Assembly (NCBI GenBank): GCA_900088475.1
Contig: FLMG01002622.1
Span: 1-64,000, forward strand
DNA length: 64,000 bases
DNA from: Hyphochytrium catenoides
Taxonomy: Eukaryota > Protista > Hyphochytriomycota
Reading direction: 5' to 3'
A program made the position numbers and the translations under genes. The notes beneath the pieces are model-generated. The model made no database searches. It saw only the letters and a program-made list of their open reading frames with translations, and was not told where the DNA came from. Below, in pieces: positions 1-11,088 of the stretch. How positions within the stretch are numbered: the stretch's first letter is position 1; each line of letters starts with the position of its first letter.

Positions 1-903
1 TTGTTCTAGATGTTCCACCTAGTTCGATGTCGGAGTGCTTTTATCCTCATAACAAGTCACAACAGTTTCTCCATCACCGATCTGGGAGGGTTAGAGTACT
101 ACTTGGGCATCCAAGTAAAGCGGGATCGAGCTGCTAGGAAGATATACCTTTGACAGTCGAAGTATATCACCGAGATTCTTGGAGCGCTTCAACCTACTTG
201 ATGTTACCTCACTCCTATCCCAGCGGTGCCTAAGACATACTTGCCCAAAGCTTCTACCATTCCTCTTTCTGATGATGACGCTGACCGGTTGGCTCGCACA
301 CCTTATCGTCAAGCAGTGGGTTCCTTGCTGTATGTCATGGTGTGCACGCGGCCTGATATCCCTTATGCGGTGCAAGCTGTGAGCCAACACGTCACTGCGT
401 TCCGCCACGTCCACTGGGAGGCTGTCAAGCGTATCTTCACCTACCTGAAGGCCACCCAAGACTACTCCTTGTGTCTGGGGGGAGATACCCCTATTCAACT
501 CTCTGTCCAAGCTGATGCTGATTGGGCTAGTGACCCAGCTGACCGCAAGTCTATCACCGGCTATTTCTTGAGCCTCAACGGAGGTGCTTTTGCATGGAAG
601 TCAAAGAAACAATCTCTCCGAGCGTCGTCAACCACGGAAGCGGAGTGCGTCTCTCTTGGTCCGCAAGCCAGGTCGCAAGAGCACTTCAACGCTTTCCTGG
701 GCGAGCTTGGCTTCTCCTACCAGCTGCCCATTCCTCTTAACCAGGACAAGCAGAGCGCGATTGTTCTGCTCCTCTTCACGACCAAAGTCAAAGACTTTAG
801 ATGCAAGGACTGTGTCCTGCAAAAGAAGGTCGCCAATGATGGGAGATTTAAGCTGGTCTATACTCCCTCTGCAGCTATGGTAGCCGATTGCCTCACCAAG
901 CCT
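1..903 (+). mobile_element. Ty1/copia LTR-retrotransposon pol 3' fragment (RT C-terminus + RNase H), degenerate
   Basis: Translations show copia motifs ITDLGGLEYYLGIQV, PYRQAVGSLLYVMVCTRPDI, HWEAVKRIFTYLKAT, ADADWASDPADRKSITGY, WKSKKQ, SSTTEAE and MVADCLTKP. An in-frame TGA (~149) and a frameshift (~180) indicate inactivation. Confidence 0.95.
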
Positions 904-1274
904 TGTTGAAGTATGGACTATCTGAGCCTTACTTCATAGAACTAAGATGTACCAGACCAACTGTCCAAGTTACAGTCCCAAACTCCAAGTAGAAGCAGAG
1001 ATATGAAGGAAGAAGTGGACTCTAATGTTATCTATGGGTTATTACTAGGAGAGAACAGGTCCTTTCTATTAGACATACATCTCAGTAGTATTCAGGATTC
1101 TAAATCCAGTAGGGTCCCACAATCTAGAGACTACCCTTTCAGGCTTATAAGCCGAGCAGGAACTCATAATATAATTGTCTCCGAATCCCATACATTCATC
1201 AAGCCTTTACCTGCTAGCTCCTCTCTTTCGGACACCGCGTCCTCACCTTGGAGTGCTTCCTCCTAGTATCAATA
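904..1274 (+). mobile_element. Putative solo LTR (type B) inserted just after the LTKP codons of pol
   Basis: Begins TGTTGAA and ends ATCAATA (one mismatch from TCAACA); internal TATA-like CTTATAA at ~1144. Removing it restores LTKP-L. Shares CAAACTCC(A/C)AGTAGAAGC(A/G)GAGATATGAAG with the 3243 copy. No clean TSD seen. Confidence 0.55.
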
Positions 1275-1380
1275 CTCTTGCCACTACCCACCTAGCTTCG
1301 TGTGAGGGTGAGAGAGTGAGTGAGACCGACCATTAGGTGAGTTAATAATTCAACCCTCACCACTGATGATCCAGAGAAGC

Positions 1381-1416
1381 TTAGGGTCATAGACGTTAGG
1401 GTTAGGGTTAGGGTTA
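1381..1416 (+). repeat. Interstitial telomeric repeat (TTAGGG)n
   Basis: TTAGGG at 1381, then TTAGGGTTAGGGTTAGGGTTA at 1396-1416; flanked by a direct repeat AACCCTCACCACTGATGA (1352-1369, 1419-1436). Confidence 0.8.
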
Positions 1417-1434
1417 CTAACCCTCACCACTGAT

Positions 1435-1877
1435 GAGGGGGAGTGTTGAGTGCTACAATGTTCGTTGTCAGTAGTGCAGTAGTCACTCTCTATACACACC
1501 TAGCTCTCAGGGACATAGACATTACGGGTACACCTGTGTTATGGGAAAGAGAGATGTGAGAAGAATTCCAGACGTTGGAGCAGCAGAGGAGAGAGAGATG
1601 ATGAGGGAAGCTGGGCCGAGCAAAAGATCTTGAGACAGACCAGACAGACTCATGACTCAGTTCTTCAGAGAAATCTCAATCAGATGTCAATACCCAGTCC
1701 CTTTGTTATCGTTTTATCTAGATTGTGCTCATACAGAAGCTTCAGGCATTGCCACCCAGCTCTGTAGTTCATCAGAGCACCAAGAGAGACACTCCTCATT
1801 GAATCAATTCACAGATAATCATCATCAAGTCCCTTTGTTATCGTCTCATCTAGAAAGAGTTTCAGACGTCATCAACA
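1435..1877 (+). mobile_element. Polypurine tract plus complete 3' LTR (type A) of a copia element
   Basis: GAGGGGGAG (1435-1443) immediately precedes TGTTGAG; the unit ends ATCAACA at 1877, giving canonical TG...CA ends with a TGTTGA/TCAACA inverted repeat. Confidence 0.85.
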
Positions 1878-1943
1878 TCTACCTCTGCTAAATTTCATCA
1901 GGTTATGTGTAGACCTTGGGCAAGCGTGAGTGAGACGGACAGT

Positions 1944-2273
1944 GATGAACTTTGCAGAGCTGGGTGGCAATGCCTGAAGCTTCTGTATGAGCACAATCTA
2001 GATGAAACGATAACAAAGGGACTGGGTATATGTGATTGAGATTTCTCTGAATGCTCGCTGAGTCCTGGGAGTGTGGTCTCGAGATCTTTTGCTCGGCCCA
2101 GCTTCCCTCATCATCTCTCTCTCCTGTGCTGTTCCTGTGTTCTTCTGGAAATTCTTCTCACATCCCTCTTTCCCATAACACAGGTATACCCGTAACGTCT
2201 TTGTCCTTGAGAGCTAGGTGTGTATAGAGAGTGACTACTGTACTACTGACCACGAACATTGTAGCACTCAACA
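1944..2273 (-). mobile_element. Partial type A LTR, inverted relative to 1444-1877
   Basis: Reverse complement aligns with ~1444-1773 (e.g. GAGCTGGGTGGCAATGCCTGAAGCTTCTGTATGAGCACAATCTAGAT) and begins TGTTGAG on the minus strand. Confidence 0.85.
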
Positions 2274-2280
2274 GACAGTA

Positions 2281-2445
2281 TGAGGACCACCACTGACAAT
2301 TCAGAGAAGCTAGGTATGCGGGGGAGTGTTGAGTGTACAATGTTTGTTGTCAGTAATCACTCTCTATACACACCTACCTCTCAGAGGCATAGTCGTTACC
2401 GGTAAAAACTGTGTTATGGGTGAAGAGAGATGTGAGGAGAAGTCC
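2281..2445 (+). mobile_element. Copia internal 3' end + PPT + truncated type A LTR
   Basis: Encodes EKLGMRGSVE (typical copia pol end), with GCGGGGGAG abutting TGTTGAG at 2327; ~120 bp homologous to the start of the 1444 LTR. Confidence 0.75.
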
Positions 2446-2452
2446 CTGACCT

Positions 2453-2528
2453 TGGTGTACGCTCCGGGATTCGAACCCAGGACCTCTGTATTTGATGCCG
2501 ACACCCTAACCACCAGTACGCACCATAC
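2453..2528 (-). pseudogene. tRNA-derived sequence (pseudo-tRNA) with encoded CCA end
   Basis: GTATGGT...TGGTGGTTAGG (A-box-like)...CTGGG-TTCGAAT-CCCGG (T arm/B box)-AGCGTAC-A-CCA. Acceptor stem pairs 6/7; D and anticodon stems are degenerate, so no anticodon is assigned. Confidence 0.7.
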
Positions 2529-2636
2529 ACCAAACGTACTCTTTAACCAAACTCCGGTTTATTTATATACCAGAGTTTTTCCCCTCTGCGTCGGCCGCTG
2601 TACACTTTCTGGACTCAGCGCTATCACAGTTCAACA
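2453..2636 (-). mobile_element. LTR-like unit (type C) containing a TATA box and a tRNA-derived region, copy 1
   Basis: Minus strand starts TGTTGAACTGTGATAG, has GGTATATAAA, then a tRNA-like stretch; homologous along its length to 3725-3914. Confidence 0.6.
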
Positions 2637-3242
2637 AGATGAACAGAATGAGTAAGGGCTCAGTATTGGATGTAGAATCCGGTAGTATAGATGATGGTCA
2701 TTATACTGTCCAAATCTCAGCTTTAACTCTTTCTAGTTGCTGAGATATTGCCATTACAAGTTAGCACAGTTAGCTGCTAGTATTATGTATGGCGTAGACC
2801 ACCATCTAAATGAGTGGCTGTGAGGCATCCAAGTCCTCGGATGCTAGTAGGGCCGCCTCCTCTGGTCCGGCCCCCACTTCATTCTAATCTCACTTTCCAA
2901 TTTCCCAAGTACCCCACAAGTCAACATCTAAGACAGAAAACTCTTTTGTAGTGGTCCTTCTGCTACCTAGCTAAAGTACTAAAGTCGCTAACTTACTACC
3001 TACCACTACTGAACTACTTCCTATGTCCAAGTTTTACGATACAACTCCTAACACATGCAAAGAAAATAGAACTAGAACGGAGCTTGTTGGGAGAAAGACC
3101 TTAGAAGAGACACGAAAAAAGCGGTCTTTCAATGTACAGTTCCTTTGCATTCACTGAAGAAACTCAGAGCGCCATCAGAACTTCCATCTGCAATGTCTGA
3201 CGCAGAAGACTAGGACGGTCTAGTGCAGTGACACTGCGAGAG

Positions 3243-3345
3243 TGTTGGAGTCTGAGGGCACAGCTATGTGGACTCCAAGCTGGCAAGCTTAACTACTAAA
3301 GTTCCAGCTTCAAACTCCCAGTAGAAGCGGAGATATGAAGCAAAC
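3243..3345 (+). mobile_element. Type B-related LTR fragment
   Basis: Starts TGTTGGAG; shares sequence with 978-1010 and with 3998-4062 (CAGCTATGTG...CAAGCTGGCAAGCTTA). Confidence 0.5.
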
Positions 3346-3582
3346 AATGTGTTCCTGTTTCTATCTATGGCTTATGGTCAGTATCCCAGAACCTTCAGAA
3401 CTGACTGTTCTAGACAGGGATGTCTCTATGACTGAATATCTTAGAATGTTTTAGGAGTAGTTGGTGAAGTCAGACTAGCTCTAGATGTTGGGATCCCAGT
3501 TGGATTATAGTAGAGCACTCTGATCTAATGACATTGTCCAATTATCCCATACAAATTGAAGAAGATTTCATGGGATTTTTGT

Positions 3583-3722
3583 CCTCCTCACATCTCTCTT
3601 TCCCATAACACAGTAGTACCCGTATGTCTATGTCGCTGGGAGCTAGGTGCGCGTGTGTATAGAGTGTGGCTACTATACTAATGAAAACGAGCATTGTACC
3701 ACTCAACAGTCCTCCCCGCATA
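3583..3722 (-). mobile_element. Truncated type A LTR with adjacent PPT, minus strand
   Basis: Reverse complement reads TGCGGGGAGGAC-TGTTGAGTGGTACAATG...CTGTGTTATGGGAAAGAGAGATGTGAG, matching the 1444 and 2327 copies. Confidence 0.75.
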
Positions 3723-3724
3723 GC

Positions 3725-3967
3725 TGCTGAACTGTGATAGAGGCTGAGACCATAAAGTGCACAGCCGACGATGCAGAGGGAATATACCCTACCCTGCCTG
3801 GTATATAAACAAAACGGAGATTAGTTAAAGTGTACGTTTTTTGGTCTATGGTGCATACTGGTTAGGGTGTCGGCATCAAATACAGAGGGCCTGGGTTCGA
3901 ACCCGGAGCGCACAAACCTTTTCTGCGGTAGATTCAACCCCCCAATATTAATTCAAAGTGCTCAACA
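3725..3967 (+). mobile_element. LTR-like unit (type C) with TATA, tRNA-derived region (3846-3914) and T4 run, copy 2
   Basis: TGCTGAACTGTGATAG...GTATATAAAC (3801)...TGGTTAGGG...CTGGGTTCGAACCCGG, TTTT at 3919-3922, possible end CTCAACA at 3967. Confidence 0.6.
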
Positions 3968-4062
3968 CCAAATAAAAAAATCTTAATAGTACCTTACTGA
4001 GGTCTGAGGAGTGAGGCCAGAGCTATGTGTACTACAAGCTGGCAAGCTTAGCTACCAAGTTC

Positions 4063-4136
4063 TGTTGAGTGACAACGCCCGTTGTCAGTAATCACTCTCT
4101 TTACACACCTAGCTCTCAGAGTCATAGTCGTTATCG
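4063..4136 (+). mobile_element. Short 5' fragment of type A LTR
   Basis: TGTTGAGTG...GTTGTCAGTAATCACTCTCT.TACACACCTAGCTCTCAGAG.CATAGTCGTTA matches 2327-2398. Confidence 0.7.
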
Positions 4137-4534
4137 ATTGACTGTTTTAGATATTCTAGGTATGGACTTCACAGTAATGACCACAGCCAGAATAATAGCT
4201 CTCGAATGCCGGACCCCGGTTTATACCTGAACCTCTATCACCTAATGACATCGTCCAATGCCACCCATCATACAAATCTAGCGACTGATCAGGAGGACGA
4301 GAAGGGGACATGATAACTGGATGACGAATGCGGCCATGCCCCATATGCACGGTTTCTTTCCGGCACATCACTCGGCGGCTAGTTTATTAGGAGTGTCTTC
4401 ATCAGTCTTCAATTCCCATACATTACGTCAGTGCTCTTGGCACAAAGAGCTTTCCCTGAAGTGACAGTAGTGACAAACGGTAGGAAGCGGATTGAGCTGT
4501 CTGTCTGCTTTAATCAAGGGAAAGAAGAACGATT

Positions 4535-6795
4535 CTAGTCATGAACAACAAGGACACGCAACGGACGATCGATTGTACCTTCCGGGTCCAGCTCATCTTC
4601 TGCCATGTCCCGCAGCCCCGAAGAGATTTCATCATCTTCTGGATCACCTCTTATTTTGCGACACCCAGTCGGGGCTTCCCTGCTGCTCGCCGCCGTCAGA
4701 TACACTTTTGAAAGCTTATTCGCACTGCTGACGGCTGCTGAGTCTTGACGATAACTATATCGTTCGGGTGACCTGTCACCAGTTGTACGCGAGTGATGCC
4801 GTTGGCCCTGAGCTGGCCTGGTCGTGCTAGTAGTGGAACGGGGTTGTGAAACAGGAGAAGGACTTACACCTCCTTGGAGAAACTCTTGGTAGAACGACAC
4901 ATCTGCCTCAGAGAGAAGCGTGGAGGCTGAAGCTTCAATTCTGGTCATTATTTGTCCTCCATTTTCCTCATCTTCTGGTTCCTTCTGTTGTGTACTAGTC
5001 GCTAGGGGGTGAGGATGCGCTGCTGAAATGAGGGTGAGGAGGAGGAAGGAGCGGGGACATTCGAGACCAGAAAAGGGGAGGACAGGTCATTACATTGGGC
5101 GTCCGATGTGGAGGAAAAAGGTGTCTATAAGAACCTTCTCGCATGGCGTCAGCGTCCAGAACGCTCTTTAAACTCTCCTGCTGGTGGCGGGGGATATGAT
5201 GTGGTGGATCATGTCTCATGAGCGAGATGTAATAGTCTCTTTCCCGGTCACTTCCTGCCTCGGCCGCTATGGCCTTGGAGCCCCTGATTATGGCCTCCAG
5301 ATCCTCCACGGAGTTTAGAGCGAGACGACAGGCGGACTCGAGGGAGACATTTGAGCCTAAGGCGAGAAGAGTGAGGGGCACGGGAATAGGAGTGGTGTCA
5401 GGCAGAATATTATAGAAAGCAAAGTATGATTAACAATCAACGAGTGCTGCTCGACCCGGGCCAAGAGAACCAACACCAATCAGAGTCGTCAGCTTTAGAG
5501 TGGGTGGGAGGAGAGGAGGAGACTTGAGGAGGGAGAGAGAGTCGGGTCGCTCCACAATGGGATGAGAGGAAGCGCTGTAGGTTAACGACTTTGCAAACCA
5601 AAGAAGAGAAGTCGGGTTGACTACGGGCATGAGAGAATGCAATATCTTTTGAAAGTTGGGGAGCATCAGAGTAGCGTGCGGATCCCGGGCCATGGTAAAG
5701 AAGGGAACCAGTCGAAACCATAAATGATAGGCAAACTGACCTGGACCTCTTCTGGCCGCAGCGACTCGCCTGCGGATCTCTTCCACTGCTCCTTTCGCCT
5801 CTGCCGGAGTGAGTGTGGCGATCGCTATCTCTTTTCTCCGCTCCCTCTCTCTCCTTTGTTCCCCATTGGATCTGACCTCCTCACTTCGCGCCGCATTATG
5901 TTTCCTCTCTCTTCTTTCTATGAGATCAAAGATTGTGTCTGAAGGGGCCATCCTCGAGCACTGTAGACGTGAGTCGTCGTCCTGGTTCTCCCTTGCCTGC
6001 AAGACAGATTCCGGATTGGCCGAAGTTCCGCTTTTGAATGCTAAGAGTGAGAGCGAGAGCGATGTTCCACCTCGAGTGTAGAAGACAATGGAGTCGGAGA
6101 AGTTTTCCCATATATAGTCGCCTTCCTCAGCAGATGGAGGGACAAAGCTAACTTGGAACTGGAGCGCCGGACACGAGGTAGAGAGAGCCGGCATAAAGGG
6201 TGATTCACACTCTGATGGAAGAGAGAACAATGGAGAGAAAGAGTGACGAGGACAGCAAGAGGAAACGCAGAGACACTGAGTCATTAACGACATAGGCGAG
6301 ATATGCGAAGACAGCAAGAACGGCCGTCTCCGACAGACACAAGGAAGAGTTGTGGAAGATGAAAGGTAGTGTTGGAGGAAGGGAAGGGCGTATTCTGGAA
6401 GAGTCCAAGGTAGAGGAGTGATTTAGACACTTGTAACCTTAAACGGTCGGAGAATTAGAGAAGCCGAACGCAGAGAAGAATGCGGAGGCCCCAGAGGCCA
6501 GAACACACAGCTCGTTCCCCTTAAGGGCCGAGAAAGATGTACATGAAGCAGTGAATGCAGCACCAGAGGTATAAACCTAGGGAAGGGAAGGGAAGGAGAG
6601 AGAGAGGACGAGGAGATGGAGCCTCCTCGGATTGATAGGAAAGAACATAGAAAGACAGGAGGCAAAGTACCTGAGAGAGGCTGAAGGGAGAACCGCGAAG
6701 AAAGAGGCGGACCTATTACGACCCCAAATCTGTCATCTCCCTCCTCCCCTTTCTCGTCAAGACCAGTGATCGACACACTGAAGGTGCGCTTTAAC
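4535..6795 (-). pseudogene. Uncharacterised, disrupted coding-like region
   Basis: ORFs 6317-5430 and 5381-4995 are in the same frame separated by a single TAA; a frame change leads into 4948-4535. An exon-like segment with AG/GT borders lies at ~6794-6671. No family recognised. Confidence 0.3.
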
Positions 6796-8411
6796 TGAAG
6801 AAAGGGACGGAGTAAGCGGGAGGAATAACGGACAGCGAGACGAGCGACAAACCAAAAAAGAGAGAGAAATGGGGAGAGTGTAGCACGTCATGTTAGCACC
6901 TCATGGTGAGGAGAGAGGGAACCTCACTGGAGGGATGGTCCTTGTTATAATAGCCAGGGCAGGGAAGAGGAGAAGAGAAGTAACTCCGTAGGACTGAGAC
7001 CCACGTAGGAGGAGAGTCATCACCGGATGGGGTAGCGGTTGGCGACAGAACGGGAGAAGCAGTTAAAGAGAGGGAGAGAGGGAGAGCGAGAGAAGAGGAA
7101 CGAGAGAGGAAGATGCAGGTGAGAGTTGAAATTAGAGAGGATAAAAATTAAAATGACGTTACAGCTGACGGTACTGCTGCCCTTATTACCTTTGGTGAGC
7201 TGTCGCCCTCCAGCGCATCTCCCCAGCTATTGAAGATGAGAGGTCCGGGAGGGTCTAGAGAGAACATCGATGCTACACTTTAAGGGGAGAGAGGCGAGGA
7301 GGGAGAGAGACGAGGAGAGAGAGGACCTGCCAGAGATGGAGACCGATAGCAGCCAGGGTGGAAGCGGGCCAGTGGCATTAATAGGCAACAAAAGTAGAGA
7401 TTAGAGAGAGAGACGAGGAAAGGGAAGACGGAGCCGCAGGTCTATTCAAAGAATTACCAGCGCTCTTTGGCCACACTGCTAGAAGAGAGATGGATAGATA
7501 GATCGGGATAGAGAGGTAGTCGAGAGAGTGATGAACTGAGAGGCCGCGCCAGCCACGACAAGAGAGAGGACAGATAGAAGGAGGAGTTAGAGGTTAGGGT
7601 CAGAGGAGGATAGAGAAAGATTGGAAGAGGGAACGCGGAGGAGGAGGTGAGGAGACAGAGGAAGGGTGATAGCAGGAGGCAATCCTTTCCTTCAGAGAGT
7701 GAGGAGAGCTAACGAACCAGTGCAAGAGGAAGGTCAGGGAGCGGGAGGAGGAGGGAGAGCGGAGGAGCAGCAGGAGGAAGAGGGAAGAGAGGAGGAGGAA
7801 GGAAGCAAGCGAGAGAAGGGAAACGGAAGCGGAAGAATCAGAGAAAGACTAATCAGTTCCCGGTAATCACAGATCCGATTCTCTATTGCGACAATAGAAA
7901 GAAGGCCCACTGCGGGAGCAATGGGCAGCCTGTAGAACTACATTCCTTCCACGCTTCTTTGAGTAGACAGAGAATGACGATAATCTTGGGAGGCCTCACA
8001 CCATCGATCTACCTCTGCTTTCGTTGCTTCCTTCCCTCCTCCTCTGCCCTCTCTCTCTCTCTTATGCCTGTTCCTGCGCGCTTCCTCTTCTCTCTCTCCT
8101 CGCTCCTCTCCTCTCTCGTCTCCTCCTCCTGACCCTGACTCGGGGCTCCCTCTGTCTCTCTTCGCTCCTCACTCAGAGTCTCCCTTACCGTACACGTCCT
8201 CCCCTTACTGGTCTCCGACACCATCCTCCTCTCGCTCATCTCCGACTCCCGGCCTTGCTCTGCAAAGAGAGAGAGAGAGAGAGAGAGAGCGAAAGAGAAA
8301 GAGGGAGAGAGAGGGACGCTGCTATCGGAGGAAGAGAAGATGATGGGAAGGAATGGAGACCGCGCTATTGGCCTGTGAGCGCGCCGAGGGTCGAGGGAAG
8401 GCTCTGCAGAG

Positions 8412-10391
8412 ATGCAGGATCTCAGCGACGTTCAGAGCGTCCTGCGGGCGAGGTAGGAGCCCCAGTCCCGCCTGCCTTCGGCGTCTTATTATCTTAGCTG
8501 CTCTGTCTCTCTCTCCTGTCTCTCTCCCTATGTCCGGCTAATACGGCTGGTCCTCGTCTGTCACTCTCTCTTCACTTATCTCTCTGTCCGCATCCTTGCG
8601 CCGACCGGTTGGTGCTCTTTATCAGGAACTTTTTTGCGGTCTTCAAGCTTCCCGTGGCGGCCGTGGAGCTAACGACACTGCGAAGGTACGGGCATATCCC
8701 GCTTGGGACTTTCATCCCTTTTTCCCATTCTCTTTCCTCTCTCTGTGTGTTCTGCTCTGCCTGTCGCTCGCTCTGTGGTCTCATCTGTCCGTGCGGCTAG
8801 GCTGAGAGGATGCGACGTCCCTCCTGCGCTCTCCTCTGTCGAGATGGTAACTTTCCTTCCTCATGCAGTTCTGCCGCTTCTACCACTGTCTCTCAGACAT
8901 TTATGTTTTCAAGCATTCTTTCTCTTACTCTCTGGCTCTCTGCATTGGGCTGGCTCTCTTTCCCACTCTATGCGTCGGTCCGCAGTCTTTATAAGAAACT
9001 CGCGCTGGCGGTGCACCCCGACAAGTGTCAAGAAGAAGGTGAGTCAGGCTTCTCTTTTCTCTGTCCATCTGATAACTTTCTCGACTTATTTCCATGTTCC
9101 TTAAGGCCTGAGAGTCTGCCTACTAGCATGTGAGGATACTATTCTTTCTCTCTCCTCTCTATCACGCACTTGCTTCTCTCGTCTCCCGGTTAAGTCTCTG
9201 GCTCTCTCTCTCTCTGCTCTATCTTCTTCATTTATCTCCTTTTTCTCCCTTCCGTGTCCATGTCCGCTGCTGTTCCTGTAGTGTCTTAAGGCTGGAGGCT
9301 CTCTGTTAAGGCGCCACTTCTCACTCTCTGTCTTTCTCTCTTCTTTCTCTCTTTCTCTTGACATCTTCATCTCTCTCACTCTTTTTTCAAGGAGCCGCCG
9401 AGGCCTTCAAGAAGCTTGCGGAAGCGTTCGAGGTACTCTCCGATCCCACGCAGCAGAAGTCATACGTCAGAGGTAGATGCAGCTACTATAGATGGGAGAA
9501 TTGGGCCAGGTTAGGGAAGAAAGGAGAAGTGAAAGGAACAGAGAAAAAGCGAGAGCTACCTCAAAAATCCAAGAGAGAGGAAAACTTAGTAGTGGAAAGA
9601 TGAGGAGAGAGGGTTGAGGAGAGAGCCTAAATAATCAGATAGAGGAGGCAGAGCGAGGACCGTACGGTCCCTAGTGGAATGACGATGTTAGGGAGAGATC
9701 CATTCCATTGGGGACAGAGGGCGGCAGGCAGTCACCTCTGGTCTTTCAATCGCCTTTTCTAGGTCTCCACAGCTCAAAAAATCATTCCCATCGGCACACA
9801 ACCAACAGGGGAGAAGACTCGAGACCTAAGCGGCCAGAGAAAGAGAGACAGAAGAAGAGGAAAAAGAAAGAAGAGAATGAAAGCCCACGGCACTCTCCAC
9901 AGAAGAGGCGCGCGAGGAAGAAGAAGAGCCCTACCGAGGTCTGGGAAGAGTTTCTTAAAGAAGAATGGAAGTTTAGAGAAAAGGTGGCTGAGGAAGAGGA
10001 AAGGAATGCCGCCGCGAGAGAAGAAAGGAGGAAGAGAGAGAGGCAAAGAAGAGAAGAGGAGGAGAGGCAGCGATCTGCACTGGCAGAGCACATCCTCTCT
10101 TCAGGTTTAGAGGAAAAGACCGAGAGCTGGAGAGCCTTCCTCCGCCCTCCAGGAGAGAAAGCGAGGGACGAAGTTGAGACATGGTCAAAGGATGGAGTAG
10201 ACGCAACGGGGGCAAAAGATGGGAGACACGAGGAGGAAGAAGAGAGGTCAAGAGATAGGGAGGAGACCGTCTGCAATTTATGTCGACGCAAATTTAGAGG
10301 CGGCGCAGCTTTGAAGAGGCACGAGGCGCTCTCCGACCTGCACAGAAGGAACATCCAGGAGCGGGGGCCAAGGGCGACTACGAATGGGTGA
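8412..10391 (+). CDS. J-domain (DnaJ/Hsp40) protein, DNAJC8-like, with C-terminal C2H2 zinc finger; 5 exons
   Basis: Phase-compatible GT-AG exons 8412-8452, 8626-8685, 8986-9038, 9392-9472, 9763-10391 give NFFAVFKL...[35 protein letters not shown], a charged coiled coil, TESWRAF, and CNLCRRKF...LKRHEALSDLHRRNI. Confidence 0.9.
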
Positions 10392-11088
10392 GAGAGACAT
10401 GGTGGTCGCCTGCTTCTCTCTCCTTAGAGCTCTCACAGTGGCGGCATTCGCCCAGGAAGGCAGAGCCGTTCTTCTATGGCATCACACTCTCTTGTCCCAA
10501 TTCTCAGGAGACAAGTCATCCTTTTGAAGGGAGCGAGTCAGCATGCTCTTCTCACTTCGCCCTGGCACTCTGCTTCCTGTCTGGGCCTTTGTTGGGAGTA
10601 ATCGAAGAGATGTGCGGCGAGCCTCTGCCCGCTCACTGTGGATCCTACGCTTCCGCTACAGACACACAAGGTCAGACACCTGTTTCCTCAAGGCTCAGAG
10701 AGACAGTGCCAAGCAGGTCTTTCACCGCTCTTTATCTTCCCGCTGCCCGCTAAGGCTGGTCCAAGACCTTCCTTTTCTCTCGCTTCCCTCTATAAGCTAT
10801 TTATATCGTGTCGACTCCACCCGGTGGGTCATGAAGGGAGGTCGAGAAAGGCATGGACGACAAGGAGATGGGAGGAGGCGTGATAATAGCTTTGTTTTTA
10901 TTGGGAAGCAGAAAGTCGAGAGGCCAAAGGCCCAGGAGAAAGGAGAGAAAGAGATTGCGAGAGGAGTGAAGGATGGGAGATGAGGAAAGGTTCAATAACT
11001 CTATCGGATTGCTGTGGCGACGGGTCTTCAGTGAACAGAAAAGGAGAAGTGTCTCCTTACTCCTGTCTTCCCACCGGCCCTCGTCTTG

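Noticed and set aside
2453-3914. Functional tRNA genes (including a UCA suppressor or tRNA-Sec)
   Set aside because: D and anticodon stems do not pair, U33 is missing in the TCA register, there is no long variable arm, and both copies lie inside a repeat.
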